Assembly (NCBI GenBank): GCA_964016885.1
Contig: OZ024740.1
Coordinates: 404,178,001 to 404,242,000 of the forward strand
Source: Eledone cirrhosa
Lineage: Eukaryota
Reading direction: 5' to 3'
Length of the DNA: 64,000 nt
The notes beneath the pieces are model-generated. The model ran no database searches. It saw nothing but the letters and a program-made list of their open reading frames with translations, and was not told where the DNA came from. Every line of letters starts with the position of its first letter. Position 1 is the first letter of the stretch. Positions 1 through 12,857 of this stretch are shown here, piece after piece. Position numbers and translations under genes: made by a program.

Positions 1-176
1 AAAAAGCCATGATATCACTGGAATTTATACAAACTGAACGATTTACCTCATTCTGAGAAATGGTGTGAACATAAGCCAGAAAACGATCGAGTGAAGCTGC
101 TGTTGGATAAGCCAGACCTGGTGATTTTTGACAAGTAAAAAAGATGTTGCTTGATTATAGAAGTAATTATTCAGAT
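1..176 (+). pseudogene. Degenerate restriction-like endonuclease (REL) region of an R4/Dong-like non-LTR retrotransposon
   Basis: Manual translation HWNLYKLNDLPHSEKWCEHKPENDRVKLLLDKPDLVIFDK*KRCCLIIEV matches the ..HW..C..LPH..KW.EH.P..PD.......LID motif order of the fragments at 26395-26945 and 33109-33948. Confidence 0.7.
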
Positions 177-2479
177 CATATATATATATGTGTGTGGGTG
201 TATGCGTGTGTGTGTGAGCGCGCGCACGTGCGGCTGATGTGTGTGCGCGTGCGTTTGCGTCTGTGTGTGTGTGTAGAAATTCTTTATAAATATAAAGTTA
301 GATATATTGCAAGAGAATGAAATAAGACATCCATCCCTATAACATTAATGTTTGAAAAAGCGTGCGAATTTACTAGGAACTGATATTTAAGGGTAATAAT
401 ATATAGAAAATATTTTGGATAGACAGGTTTCAAATATTTAGACGAAATTGTAATGTCAAGCACACACATCTTAACTTATGATGTCATCAAGTATTTTATT
501 TTTTATCTAGCGACTCATTTATCTTTAGGTCATTTTCCTATTTGGTGTGAGATTTCCTGTCAACAGAGTAACGGTGCAATTTAGTAAACATACATTGACA
601 CTGTTTAATAACTAGGAAAATGCCAGTAAATATCAACATTCAAAAGTTCTTATTTTATACCTAAATACATTGAAATTATGTTTGGGTTTTTCTTGTTATT
701 TTGTATTAAAACGGTTAGGATTATTTGCAAACGTTACAAGAACACTTATTTTAATGTTGTTATCTTTTGACATTTTCACATTTAAATTATTTTAGTAGTT
801 TGCTGCTCTATCGTCGGATGCTTGAAGAATGAAAGAGTTTCTGACATAAATTGTTTGTTTGGGCAAGCTTTTATTCACAAAACAACGAGAGAACCTCTAC
901 ATAGTCACCCAGTTTTCCACAAATCTTACCTTTTTCCTCTTACAAAAGGTAGCAGTAATTAAATAGTGGGATTCTATACAAGCTGTATTTCATTAGAAAA
1001 TGGGAGGATAATGAATGGAACACATTTGATCGAATGTTTGTTAGATCAGGTCTTATCTGGAGTCAAACAAACAACGTCAGCAAGTATGGTGCAACAGTTC
1101 AATCAGACTTCGAATCTAATCAGCAAACTCGGATTTCTGGAATATTAACACCAACCTCCGAACTCACACGCACACCCACACACAAATTAAAACACCACCG
1201 TACACAAAATAAAAGTGATAGGTCTATTTACAGTAATATCAGAAATGTCTCGTGTTTTTTGTTTTCTGAAAACATTCTGTCTGAAAATTATATTAATAAT
1301 ATCAGAATTAGCAGTAACTGAACTTAAAGTTCAAGAACATTCCAAGGTCAAAAACAAAATTGTATAATGGCACTGAGGTTGTCATCAGAGGTTTAACAGT
1401 GTATAACATATGTATAATATATATCTCTATAGCTGGAAAAAAGTGGCCAGCAGCCACTACGAAGAATCGAACTCCGTACCTCTCAAATTCCGGCTGAGAG
1501 GTACGGATTTTCTAATGTATTATTTATAGCTATTGACTGTAGTTATGGTTATTTTCTGCGTTTGAGATTTCTACATTTTCTAAGAATTTCAATCCACTCA
1601 TATATATATATGTGTGTGTGTGTGTAACAAACCATTTATTTATTAGAACACTGATTTAGTGCGATATCTCAATTATCTACGTGACATATTGCTCATAAAA
1701 TATATCATGGACATAAGCCATAAAAATATAATAATATAGTAATATTTTGGTAAATGTTTATATCAATAACAAATTATGTATGTTGTCAACACAATGTATT
1801 GTTTCAAATAAAATTTTTAGTGAGCGAAATATCTATTTTCACAGATTCTAAATCTGCGAACTATTAGCTTACAACTGAACAGAATATTCATACAACGAAA
1901 TATGTTTGGTTTTATCTATTCTTGTCGTGTCTTAATGATTTTGTCACGAAGTAATGGTACAGAATTTAAGAACAGTAGACAAAAATATTTAGAATTGTTT
2001 GGAATGTTTATATTCTAAGATTTAATTACAAAATAATATGGGAATTTGTTAGGTTTGGTACAAAAGTTTTTACATTTGATATTGAGGCACGAATATTTAA
2101 TTTTGAAACGTTTTCAAGAAATATATGTAAACTATACGGGAAGTATCACCCTACTGAAAGCATGCTGTGAAAATGGTAGGGAAATGGAACAACAGGCTGT
2201 TAAGTAGAATTACGAGCATATACATTAGCAAGATCTATAAATAACAGATATCGGTTCATATCATTTTTCATTTCCTTAATAACATCTTGAATGATGAAGA
2301 TAACAAGAAATATATAATTTATCAGCATTTTATATAGACATTTTACAAATATCAATGCATAAAAGCTGTCATAAATCATCTTTATCGCCAGCATAATAAT
2401 GTCTTGATTTTTTAATGCAATGTTTTTCATTTTAAGTTTGTTATCCATACTTTTTATTCGTTATTATTGGATTGGTATA

Positions 2480-2675
2480 GGGTGGTGGATTGGCAGTATC
2501 GGGAGAGGGTTGGACGCCATGCCTTGACGCATAGAGTTACAGCCCTTGCCATTCTGAGTTCAAATCCCGCCGAGGTTAACTTTGCCTTTCATCCTTACAG
2601 GGTCGATAAAATAAAGTACCAGTAATGCACTGGGTAATTGTTGGCCTTATGCCAAAAGTAGAAACAATTATTATT
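2480..2675 (+). mobile_element. tRNA-derived SINE with Nin/Deu-type central domain
   Basis: A-box-like TGGCAGTATCGG, B-box GAGTTCAAATCC, core GCCTTTCATCCTTAC.GGGTCGATAAAATAAAGTACCAG, (ATT)n tail; about 10 near-identical copies in the window. Confidence 0.85.
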
Positions 2676-2696
2676 ATTTTCATTATTTATTTTCAT

Positions 2697-2885
2697 TGAT
2701 TGGCAGTATCGGTAGAGGGTGGGACGCCATGCTTTCCAGCATAGTTACGTCCCTTTACGATCTGAGTTCAAATCCCGCCGAGGTTGACTTTGCCTTTCAT
2801 CCTTACGGGGTCGATAAAATAAAAGTACCAGTAATGCACTGGTTAATTGCTGGCCTTGTGCCTAAAGTAGAAACAATTATTATTT
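2697..2885 (+). mobile_element. Nin/Deu-domain SINE, tandem second copy
   Basis: Near-identical to 2480-2675 and 4587-4771. Confidence 0.85.
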
Positions 2886-3004
2886 TTATTTAGTTATTTC
2901 TTACAGAACTCCAGCAATAATCATGAGCTGACCATAAAGAGCGACTGCCGGTCCAGCAAAAATAAGGTATTATAATTGGTGCTCTGCGGAAGAAGGGAGT
3001 GCGT

Positions 3005-3046
3005 GGCTCTGATGATCGCCAAACAGCGTGAAACAGACTGTTAGCT
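3005..3046 (+). ncRNA. Minimal type-I hammerhead ribozyme motif
   Basis: GGCT-CTGATGA-TCGC CAAACA GCGT-GAAA-CAG A CTG-TT-AGCT. Lies in a repeat (about 2900-3170) also present as an inverted pair at 53580-53990. Confidence 0.8.
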
Positions 3047-3398
3047 TCTCTCCCTTTCGCCGAAAAGAAGTAAGTGATATAGTCGCTACTTTAAAACCGA
3101 TAACGTAGGGTCTTCTAAATGTTTTTAATTAAACATACGGTATATTGCCAAATATACTATACATACATTCATGTATACATCGCTATTTCAGAGCACAAAT
3201 CCTAATATCTATCTATCTCTCTCTCTATATATATACATATTCGACTTTTACACGAGTATATACGACTGCTCTGTATACACACATACACACCGTTATATTA
3301 ACATACTTTTGCTCATGGCTTCGTACTTACATGCACACACACTCTTTTACTCACATATACACACACATTTCTTCTTAGCTTCGTACGGACGTATAATA

Positions 3399-3447
<49 letters not shown>

Positions 3448-3675
3448 TGCTTACGCACGTGCTCAAGTATGGCTCTTTTTACAAAACGTTTTTTTTCCAT
3501 TTCAGGTAGACGCACTCCATCATTCTCTTTTCTAAAAAATAAACCATACACAAAACGCCAGCACCAACAGTTTTGCAAGAGATGTCAACATGAATGGACA
3601 TGTTATTTTTATCTAAAGACATATTTTCCAATTCCATCCCACCCGTCCCCTCAATCTATCTTATTTCTCATTCTT

Positions 3676-3711
3676 TCTTCTGATGAAGGACTAGCGTCCG
3701 AAACGTTAATA
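3676..3711 (+). ncRNA. Minimal hammerhead ribozyme motif with loopless palindromic stem III
   Basis: TCTT-CTGATGA-A-GGAC TAGC GTCC-GAAA-CG-TT-AATA. The partial minus-strand copy near 7990-8008 has AAGA, which completes stem I. The downstream 90 bp recur at 7908-8008 (-) and 41850-41945 (+). Confidence 0.75.
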
Positions 3712-4009
3712 CCCTCTTCCTGCTATATCAAGCTTTAACCTAATATATCCCTTCCATATACTGTACTGATTGTGTTGTTATTTCTGTTTACCTTTTACAT
3801 ACATATACAGTATATATATATATATATAACAGATTAAAGTTTAAGTTTAAGCAAAGAATCGCTGCTTTCACCCTTAAGCAGCGATTCTTTGTTTAAACTT
3901 TAATCTGTTATTTTAATAAATATGTGCTCTATGGTTCTTATATATTTGATATATATTTAGCCTTATCGAGCCCTCTTTGGATTTTAGTCTTCGCATGTAT
4001 TATTATTAC

Positions 4010-4015
<6 letters not shown>

Positions 4016-4106
<91 letters not shown>
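4016..4106. repeat. (GT)n microsatellite
   Basis: Pure dinucleotide run. Confidence 0.98.
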
Positions 4107-4107
<1 letters not shown>

Positions 4108-5365
4108 GTATATACTCGTGTAAAAGTCGAATTTTTAAGAGTTACTTTATGGGGTCGACAATTACATAGATATAACTTTTGGGGGGCTTGAAATTCAAGT
4201 TAGAATCCAAAGTACTGTTTCAGTAACAGAAGCCCAACTGATCTCTAAACTAATGAAAACAAAAACACAAAGAATTACAGTAATATAACCGATTCTATGC
4301 ATCAAAACACACTTCTTAGTAAACATACGATGAGACGACAGCTGACACGTGTTTATTGTGTTTGGAAATGAAGAAAATATAAAGGTTGCAGACTTGCAAC
4401 TGATCTTGTGCATTTATTTTAGTAATGGTGATGTAGCACCCATCAACAGATGTGTAATGCTCCCTAATGTATGGTGTTTTCTTCCGTTCTTTTTCTTCTT
4501 TCCTTCTTTTTTTCTCTCTATTTCCCTATTCTTTCTTTCCTTTTGTTTCCCTTTTTTTTATTATTGCCGTCATTATAGTTGTCATGTGGATTGGCAGTAT
4601 CGGTAGAGGGTCGGACGCCATGCTTTCCAGCATAGTTACGTCCCTTTACGATCTGAGTTCAAATCCCGCCGAGGTTGACTTTGCCTTTCATCCTTACGGG
4701 GTCGATAAAATAAAGTACCAATAATGCACTGGGTAATTGTTGGCCTTGTGCCTAAAGTAGAAACAATTATTAGGGCGGTGACTTGGCAGAATCGTTAGAG
4801 GGTCTGACGCCATGCTTTGCAGCATAGAGTTACGGCCCTTCCAATTCTGAGTTCAAATCCCGCCGAGGTTAAATTTGCCTTTCATCCTTACGGGGTCGAT
4901 AAAATAAAGTACCAGCAATGCACTGGGTAATTGCTGGCCTTGTGCCTAAAGTAGAAACAATTATTATTATTATTATTGTTGTTGTTGTTGTTGTTGTAAA
5001 TATCATGATTAGACATAATCATTCAAGGAAATTGACAAACACTGAGAGCTCAGACATTTGATGGTACAAATGTCATGAAAGGCAAAAAGCAGTTCAAGCA
5101 AAAATAAAAGCAGTTTATAATAATACATATTTCATTCACTGTTATGCACATCAACTTGATTTAATAATGAGAAATGCAGCACTGATTATTGCCTTAAAGT
5201 TATAACGATTTTGTAACAGTGTTATTTCGACGTAGAGGATGATACCTTGACCCACAAATGTTGATCTGTTGTGCGTGAAATACTAGAGTCGGCTTTTATA
5301 CTTGATCTATGGAAAATTCCAGATTTTTGTTCAAAAATAGGGAGTCGACTTTTACATGGGATTGA
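4107..5365. mobile_element. Degenerate Tc1/pogo-type MITE interrupted by two SINEs
   Basis: Left end CGTATATACTCGTGTAAAAGTCGA and right end TCGACTTTTACATGGG are imperfect inverted repeats resembling pogo/Tc2-type TIRs. Confidence 0.45.
4587..4970 (+). mobile_element. Two tandem Nin/Deu-domain SINEs (4587-4771, 4773-4970)
   Basis: Same A/B boxes and core as 2480-2675; the second copy has a full GGGCGGTG 5' end. Confidence 0.85.
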
Positions 5366-5369
5366 TAAT

Positions 5370-5935
5370 TACTTGAATAGGGATGCTCTGTGGACTATTC
5401 TTGGTAATGTGGGATCCCTTCCGGGTTTCGGGAGATTGATCAAAGAGCTACACCGTGGTATGAGAAGGAGGCTTCAATGGTTCTCTGTTTAAACCCCTAA
5501 TCACTGACAACAGAGTTAAGCAAGGGGACATCCCAGCACCAACTCTGTTCTCTCTCTTTGCCGTGTCTCATACGTATGTACTTCAGAATTGCGATGTCGG
5601 TGTGTATTTGCGTTTCAAAACCAAGAATAAGGTTATTAACTTGACACGCTTTAGGGTCAAATCAAGGACTTTCCAGTCTGTCATCAGAGAGTTGCTCTAT
5701 GCTGACGATGCAGACCTTATTACTCATACCGAGGAGGAGATGCAGGCAATGATCGACTGTTTTTTCGGGCTTACTATCAACACAGGAAAGACCACAGTCC
5801 TGAGCAACATTACGCTGAGCTCAACATCTTTGTTTAGGATCAGATATTAAAGGTTGTTGATACATTTGTCTATACTGGTAGTGCTCTCTCCAGAGATCGT
5901 TCAGTGGACTCCAAAATTGAACTAATGCGATGAAA
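5370..5935 (+). pseudogene. RTE-clade LINE reverse transcriptase fragment
   Basis: VKQGDIPAPTLFSL, RELLYADDADL (YADD), FGLTINTGKT, VVDTFVY.GS; frameshifted. Confidence 0.85.
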
Positions 5936-7519
5936 TACCAATGATCGTTGGCAAATCACTGATGAGGGACTAATTTTATAATATACTAGCAGTAAAGCCC
6001 GGCGTTGCTCGGGGTCGCTCAGTAGCTGTGTTAAAGTTACAATGTTAAGTTTCTTTTTTGGCTTAAAAACTGTAGTGTCTACTGTGCAGACTTGCATGTG
6101 GTGTTTTTGATTAATATTCCCTCAACCAACAATATGCCTTATGTAGTTAAGAAAACATAACGATAACCCGAATGTTATAACAAAAGAGGATGCTGGGGAT
6201 AAAAACTGCACTGGTTATTTATTAACAAAGATCGAAAATGTAAACACTGCAACGCAGAGAAAAACATTAGCGTAACCAAATTATCAGTTATGTCTGTCTG
6301 CACGCCTATATCACCTCTCTGCACGACTGTCTGTCTGCACGCCTATATCACCTCTCTGCACGACTGTCTGTCTGCACGCGTATATCACCTCTCTGCACGA
6401 CTGTCTGTCTGCACGACTGTCTGTCTGCACGCCTAACGAAATTTACAGATACATATATTTTAAATAAACTTATATAATTTTTGCTTTTTTTACGAAATAT
6501 TTGCTTGTTTTACGTAGTCTTTAAATAGACTTGTTTTCAAGTAAAAATATTGTTTTAAAAGGCTTTTAAATGGAAATGAAGCAAAACGGAAGCTTAGTGT
6601 TCGAACTGATGAATTTTGCAGGTCAAAATTTTGCTGGCTCGACAACTGTTCGTGTATTGTGTTAATGTCATTTTAAACGCTGAGAAAGCCAGCGTAATTT
6701 TTTTAATTTTTGCACGCAGACGCTCAATGTAAACAGAACAAAAGGAAATAACTGATCACTTACGCTCAAAAATCGATACATTATATTCGATTTCGTCAGA
6801 TAGGGCGGGTCAATTTGAAATATTTTGTTTCCGATGTCTTCGCTAGGGCTCAATGTACAAGTATAGCAATTTCGGTGTAATTCCGTGAGAGATTCTAAGA
6901 GGAGATGTGTGCCAAAAATCGATAGACAGACAGACAACCTCAGTTTTATATATATAGATAATCCATGTGCAACCATGCAGTATTCTTCTCCCCATATTTT
7001 TCATATATTTACCTAAACTGCGATTTTCTGTTTCTCTCTTTCTCTCTTACTGCTCCCTCGTTCTCTCTGTTTCTCTTACCTTCTTTCGTCCCCTCTGTCA
7101 GTTAACACTTTCTCTCGACTGACCTCTTCCTCGCACTTCCACTCACACACTCTCTGTTTCTCCCCTTCTCACTTCCTCCCGTTCGCTAGGAGTCGGATCT
7201 TTCTTTCTCACATCCCATTCACAGCGAAAGGTCTGCTTGCTAAGCGCTCATGAATTCACCCAGCTTACGCTGAGCGAATAACCATGTTGCTTGTTTTCTT
7301 CCCATCTTCGGTTAGCCTTTCTTCGATGTTGTTTACTTGTCTCACTCGCTTTACGCGTTTCACTTGTCCCAATAGCTTATTATAGTTATTGCTCGCACCA
7401 ACGTGAGGTATATGATTTTTAATGCGATGAAATACCAATGATCGTTGGCAAATCACTGATGAGGGACTAATTGTATATGTAATCCATGTGCAACCATGCA
7501 GTATTCTTCTCCCCATATT

Positions 7520-7525
<6 letters not shown>
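5925..7525 (+). mobile_element. Terminally redundant ~520-bp pyrimidine-rich repeat (pseudo-LTR-like), split by the Helitron
   Basis: 5925-5985 plus 6959-7005 are repeated contiguously at 7420-7525; a second family member is at 44503-45097. Confidence 0.7.
5986..6958 (-). mobile_element. Non-autonomous Helitron
   Basis: Minus strand begins TCTATATATATAAAA..TGTCTGTCTGTC and ends with the hairpin CCCGAGCAACGCCGGG followed by CTAG; inserted between A and T without TSD; internal ~37-bp tandem repeats at 6290-6435. Confidence 0.85.
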
Positions 7526-7571
<46 letters not shown>

Positions 7572-7681
7572 GTAGAGCAAATATTTATTCTTAGTGCAGA
7601 CTAAAGTTTAAGCAAAGAATTTTGGGTGAAAGCAGACATTTTTTACTTAAACAATTATCTCTGCTAATAATAAATAAATAC

Positions 7682-7905
<224 letters not shown>

Positions 7906-8005
7906 AAAAGGTAAACAGAAATAACAACACAATCGGTACAGTATATGAAAGGTATATATAAGGTTAACGCTTGATATAGCAGGAAGAGGGTCTTAACGTT
8001 TCGGA

Positions 8006-8048
<43 letters not shown>

Positions 8049-8343
8049 TTAAAACAATGAAATAAAAATTCAAGTCATTAGGAAAATACTTCACTGCTTT
8101 ACGATCGTTTCTAGGTGATAATAATACATCGTACGCATATTTCGTTATCGATCTATGTAAGGTTAGTTACAGATAAGGAGAATATTTATCTACTTGTATA
8201 TCATCAGCTGTTGTCATGACTCAACTTTCCTTTTGATGATTTTTTTTGTTTTCCGGTATTTACTTTAACCTACAACATTATCAACATATGGATTACATTG
8301 AGTTCTTCATGCAGAGTAGACCCCATAACTAACTGTGGATAAT

Positions 8344-8389
<46 letters not shown>

Positions 8390-8527
8390 CAACATGAAAC
8401 TGTACAGTAAGGGCCATTTAAATAGGTAAATATTTATATTATATTTTTTAATTTTGATTAATTTTAATTGTAAATTAATTTTGATATATTTTGAAAAATT
8501 GGTTGAATTTTACTTGTTCTGCTTATC

Positions 8528-8633
<106 letters not shown>

Positions 8634-8766
8634 AAATATTAAACAAATAATGAATAAAACAATGAAACAGTTCCTTATATTAAACAAAAAAAGTTCATTA
8701 TTTAACGATCGTTTCTAGGATATATATGTGTTAGAATTGGCATGCATATTCAACAGATCTATGTAC

Positions 8767-8842
<76 letters not shown>

Positions 8843-8989
8843 ATACTTTGGGATTGTCATGTTGCCAATAAGAAACACACGCACCAGCTGCTTTCACTTC
8901 AATTTATTATAAATTAAATTTATAAATTTAGGAATTTATAAATTTCCGATTGGTTGGTTGGTTCCACAACCAGATGATTGTTCATATAT

Positions 8990-9034
8990 TGTCAAAGTTC
9001 TTTCGTCACACATTCTGTGACCTCTTCAGTGACT
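8990..9034 (-). ncRNA. Hammerhead ribozyme motif (left arm of palindrome)
   Basis: Minus strand GTCA-CTGAAGA-G-GTCAC AGAATGT GTGAC-GAAA-GAAC-TT-TGAC. Confidence 0.75.
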
Positions 9035-9149
9035 GGGATTCTTTTCTTTGTTTTTGTGCCTCTCCTTTGTTCTGTCCTACGCCATCTTGTTTTTGTGATA
9101 GCGTAGGACAGAACAAAGGAGAGGCACAAAAACAAAGAAAAGAATCCCC

Positions 9150-9194
9150 TGTCACTGAAGAGGTCACAGAATTTGTGACGAAAGAATTTTGACA
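9150..9194 (+). ncRNA. Hammerhead ribozyme motif (right arm of palindrome)
   Basis: TGTCA-CTGAAGA-G-GTCAC AGAATTT GTGAC-GAAA-GAAT-TT-TGACA. Confidence 0.75.
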
Positions 9195-9406
9195 ATATAT
9201 GAACAATCATCTGGTTGTGGAACCAACCAACCAACCGGAAATTTATAAATTCCTAAATTTATAAATTTAATTTATAATAAATTAAGGTGAAAGCAGCTGG
9301 TGCGTGTGTTTCTTATTGGCAACATGGCCCTCCCAAAGTATAACAATATCGGTTGTTTCAACACACGTTTTCAGATAAAGAATCTTGCTAAACAAATCCA
9401 GAAACG

Positions 9407-9494
<88 letters not shown>

Positions 9495-9764
9495 CTAAGT
9501 TTGAAGAACAGTCAAACAAATTTGATCCAATTCTTTTCCTCCTTAGTCCGTAGAAATCAACCAGATAAATAATTATTTGAACGGAACTAAGTTTAAAATG
9601 TAACTTTGAAGAAATAACAGATAAATGTTACAGACTTTCCTCTGTGAGGAATAGTCAGATAAAATTTACCTAGTCTTTCCTCTTAGTTCGTAGAAATTAA
9701 CTACACAAATACTCAATTAAACGGAGCTCAGTCAAAAATGTAAGTTTGAAAAGAAAATTCTTCT

Positions 9765-9848
9765 AGTCCTGACTACCGATAGTTTCGCTCTTTGTGGATA
9801 TGTCTAATCGTGGTATTATCTATGAGTCTCCGAGCTTTTCAAGAGACT
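9765..9848 (-). ncRNA. Hammerhead motif, U3-A8 core variant with extended stem II
   Basis: Minus strand AGTCTC-TTGAAAA-GCTC...GAGC (49 nt)-GAAA-CTA TCGG TAG-TC-AGGACT; one mismatch at the base of stem I. Confidence 0.6.
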
Positions 9849-9888
9849 CCCTCGGTTATGACCAGAATTCTCGCTCACACACACACAC

Positions 9889-10032
<144 letters not shown>

Positions 10033-10139
10033 TTGGGGAGGGTCATATTGTAATAATATTGCCAGAATTAATAACAGAACACACTCACTCTTTGGTTGGT
10101 TTTCGCTTCTGTATCCTTTATATCAGTTAATTTAATTTA

Positions 10140-10319
10140 TTCGGTCCTCAATGTTTACCATTGACTGACCAACGGTCAAAAATACAGATAGAATATAGAC
10201 ACAAACACATATATATAGTCTAACAAAGTTCTTTCGTTGCACATCTGCAACATCGTCAGTGGTGCTATTATGTTTCCTCCTGTTGTATTGTATGTCTAGG
10301 CCATCTTTATTCAATCTGT

Positions 10320-10362
<43 letters not shown>

Positions 10363-12778
10363 TTTTTGTCTTCTTCTCTGCGCATGCGTTTGTGTGTGTG
10401 TATAGTGTTTGATGTGTGTTCGTGTTTGGGTGACTGTATTTTGGTTATTGTATTCTATCTTAGTTTACTAGTGTGTGTTTATATGTGTTTGTTGTTATTG
10501 TGCTTGTGTATTTATTTATTTATTTATTTATTTATATTTCTCTTAGGTCAGTATTGTTTGTTTGGGTGTTGTTGTTATTCCATTCATTTTTTCTGTTTAG
10601 CTTTGGCCTTCTAAGTTCTATTTCGCTGGCCTCTCTGATTTGCCTATCTGTTGGGTCATTTCTATGTTTAGATATTATTTTAATTTCTGATCTGTTTTGC
10701 TGATCAGGGATTTTATGGTGGTTCCTGGATTTTCTACCACCTTAATCTTTAAGTGGGTCTTTCTCAGGGCCTTTCTACACTGGTTAGCTAATTTCCCTCC
10801 AGGGATAGCGTCCATAAACATGACACTCTGGTATCTCTGGTTGCGTACGATGAGGTGGCTTTCCCTATCTTATGTCTAGTCCTATCAAAGCTATTCCATG
10901 ATTTGCTCCTGTATAATGGGCAAATTCCTTTCATGTCCAGTTCTATGAAGGTCTTATACTTCTCCGTGGCTCCTTCGTATACTCTGATTCTGTCTCTTTG
11001 GTTGTAGCCAGAGAACTGCATGCGGTTGATGAAGTGTTGGATGTGTCTTTCCATTTCTGTTGGGTCGCACATGCGGGACACGTTCTTGATCACTCGTACC
11101 AAGTCTGCGATCAGAATATTAAACTTAGCACTACTGGACATTGCTGAGTTTTTGAGTATCAGATATTTGGAGGCCATGGGTTTAGCATAGTGTGAGTGGA
11201 GAATTTGGGCACTCTCGTCTATAGTGTTAATCCAGAATTCCGTGTATAATACAGGTAGTCTATTGTTAAGGTGTTTGGAAGGGTAGTCGATAGTTACAGT
11301 TATACTCTGGTGTATGGAATTATCTATCTGCTGGATGCTTTCCATTGTGCTACGTTCTAATCAAACTTGTTAGTACTCTCTTGTGGGGATGTCCTTATTA
11401 CTATATTAATGTCGTCTACGTAACGAGAGTACATGATGAGGTCTATGGAGCTCTCATCAAGGAAATCTTTGAGTCTCCTTTCCCACCATACCATAAAAAG
11501 GTTGGCAAAGTCACCAGCTATGCTGACGCCAATGGCTGCTCCCTCATTTTGGGTGTAGATCTTCTCGTTGAATTTGAATATGTGGCCCTTTGGGGTAGTT
11601 TTAATACTAGCCCCTATTGCATGTGCGACCATTTTTCTTACTTGATCATTGTTTTAGGGGGTCTGTATGGCTTTGGTCCACCCAATCCACCTTCCCATGG
11701 GAGTCTTTTTTGTCATTGACGTTATGGTGGTGGGTCTACCTCTTATGGGTCTACTGGGGCAGAAATGGCTAAGGTCATGGCTGTCTAGGTAGTCAGTGTC
11801 ATAGGTAAGTCTAAGTAGGAGGCCCAGTTCGTATGTGTTGACGTTGCAGAACTCTACCTCACTCTCAATGATCATCTCCACACATTTTTCCACAGCAAAA
11901 TCAATGTCAATGGATGGGTACAGTGATAACACATCCATAGTGCCTATCATGCAGTTGGATAGGTTTTTGTTTTGTTGCACTCACTGATTCTGCTGATGAG
12001 GTCCTCTGTACTGTCACATACATCTGGGGACATCTTGATTATGGGGTGTATAACCGTTGAGAGGAAGTAGGAGATCCTGTAGTTGCTAGCGATATTGGCT
12101 CCGCATACAGGTCTTGTTGATGGTCCTGTTGTCGGGTCGTCGACTGTCTTATGGTCTTTGCGGAGCCCATACATGGGTGGTATGTCATTGTTAGACGCCT
12201 GGAAGTTGTTGGCAGTGCGTCTGCTTGGCTTTAGGATGTCGGTCCACATCATCATGTGAGCGTTGAGGATTTTCTCTCTCCCCTCATGTATTTGCTGTGT
12301 AATTTCGCTCGTGTTGGTGATGTGGGGTTGCATAGCCTTGATGTAGTTCGGCATGCTGTCTATTGACATCCTACCAGACTTATCCGTGGGTAGACATACT
12401 ACCTCACCATCCCTTGTACGCTGCTTGAGGCTAACCAAGCCTTCTACAGGTTTCCTCCCAAGTTGTTGGACCTCTGGTATGCTTTGTCTCTTAATATACC
12501 GGTCTACTATTTGTCTAATCTTATTTCTAGCTATGGTGAACTGTGCCTCTGTCTCGTCATCTATTTATTGTGGCATACAAACCCTTTTATTAAAGGGTAA
12601 CCTCGTAGGATAAATATTACCCATCTTATATGTTTTGTCAGCTGTATACTATTTGTATAGTAAATGTTTTTGTCGTTAAGTTTTGTCTATGTTGTTCTTT
12701 TCATATTGACTGTTAATGTGTGTTTTAGTCGTTCAGCTTGTGTTTTGTTTAATAATAAATTATTTACTTGTTTATCTG

Positions 12779-12780
<2 letters not shown>
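10140..12780 (-). mobile_element. Penelope-like element (Neptune-like), frameshifted RT with internally deleted GIY-YIG endonuclease
   Basis: ORFs 11947-12438, 11654-11980, 11357-11632 and 10788-11345 give PTDKSG, YGLRKDHK, RPV, MDVLSLYPSID, QNEGAAIG, YSRYVDDI; downstream RQIREA..I...LNRKNEWN is the endonuclease C-terminus. Confidence 0.9.
10222..10263 (-). ncRNA. Hammerhead motif in the 3' region of the adjacent PLE
   Basis: Minus strand ACCA-CTGACGA-T-GTTGCA GATG TGCAAC-GAAA-GAAC-TT-TGTT; same strand as, and downstream of, the PLE ORF. Confidence 0.7.
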
Positions 12781-12854
<74 letters not shown>

Positions 12855-12857
12855 TTT

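Larger units (their letters stand above)
8836..9348. repeat. ~510-bp near-perfect palindrome, PLE-type inverted insertion between (TA)n tracts
   Basis: Arms are reverse complements about a centre near 9090; each arm carries a hammerhead motif. Confidence 0.9.

Noticed and set aside
2200-2448. 82-aa minus-strand ORF
   Set aside because: AT-rich, no recognisable motif, only a weak AAG acceptor; cannot be supported.
5958-5975. CTGATGAGGGAC as a hammerhead core (also near 7457 and 45028)
   Set aside because: No GAAA or stem I partner found at suitable spacing; not called as a ribozyme.
6290-6435. CRISPR-like array
   Set aside because: Head-to-tail minisatellite without unique spacers; eukaryotic context and no cas genes.
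6606-6632. CTGATGA followed by a short hairpin inside the Helitron
   Set aside because: Lacks GAAA, stem III and stem I.
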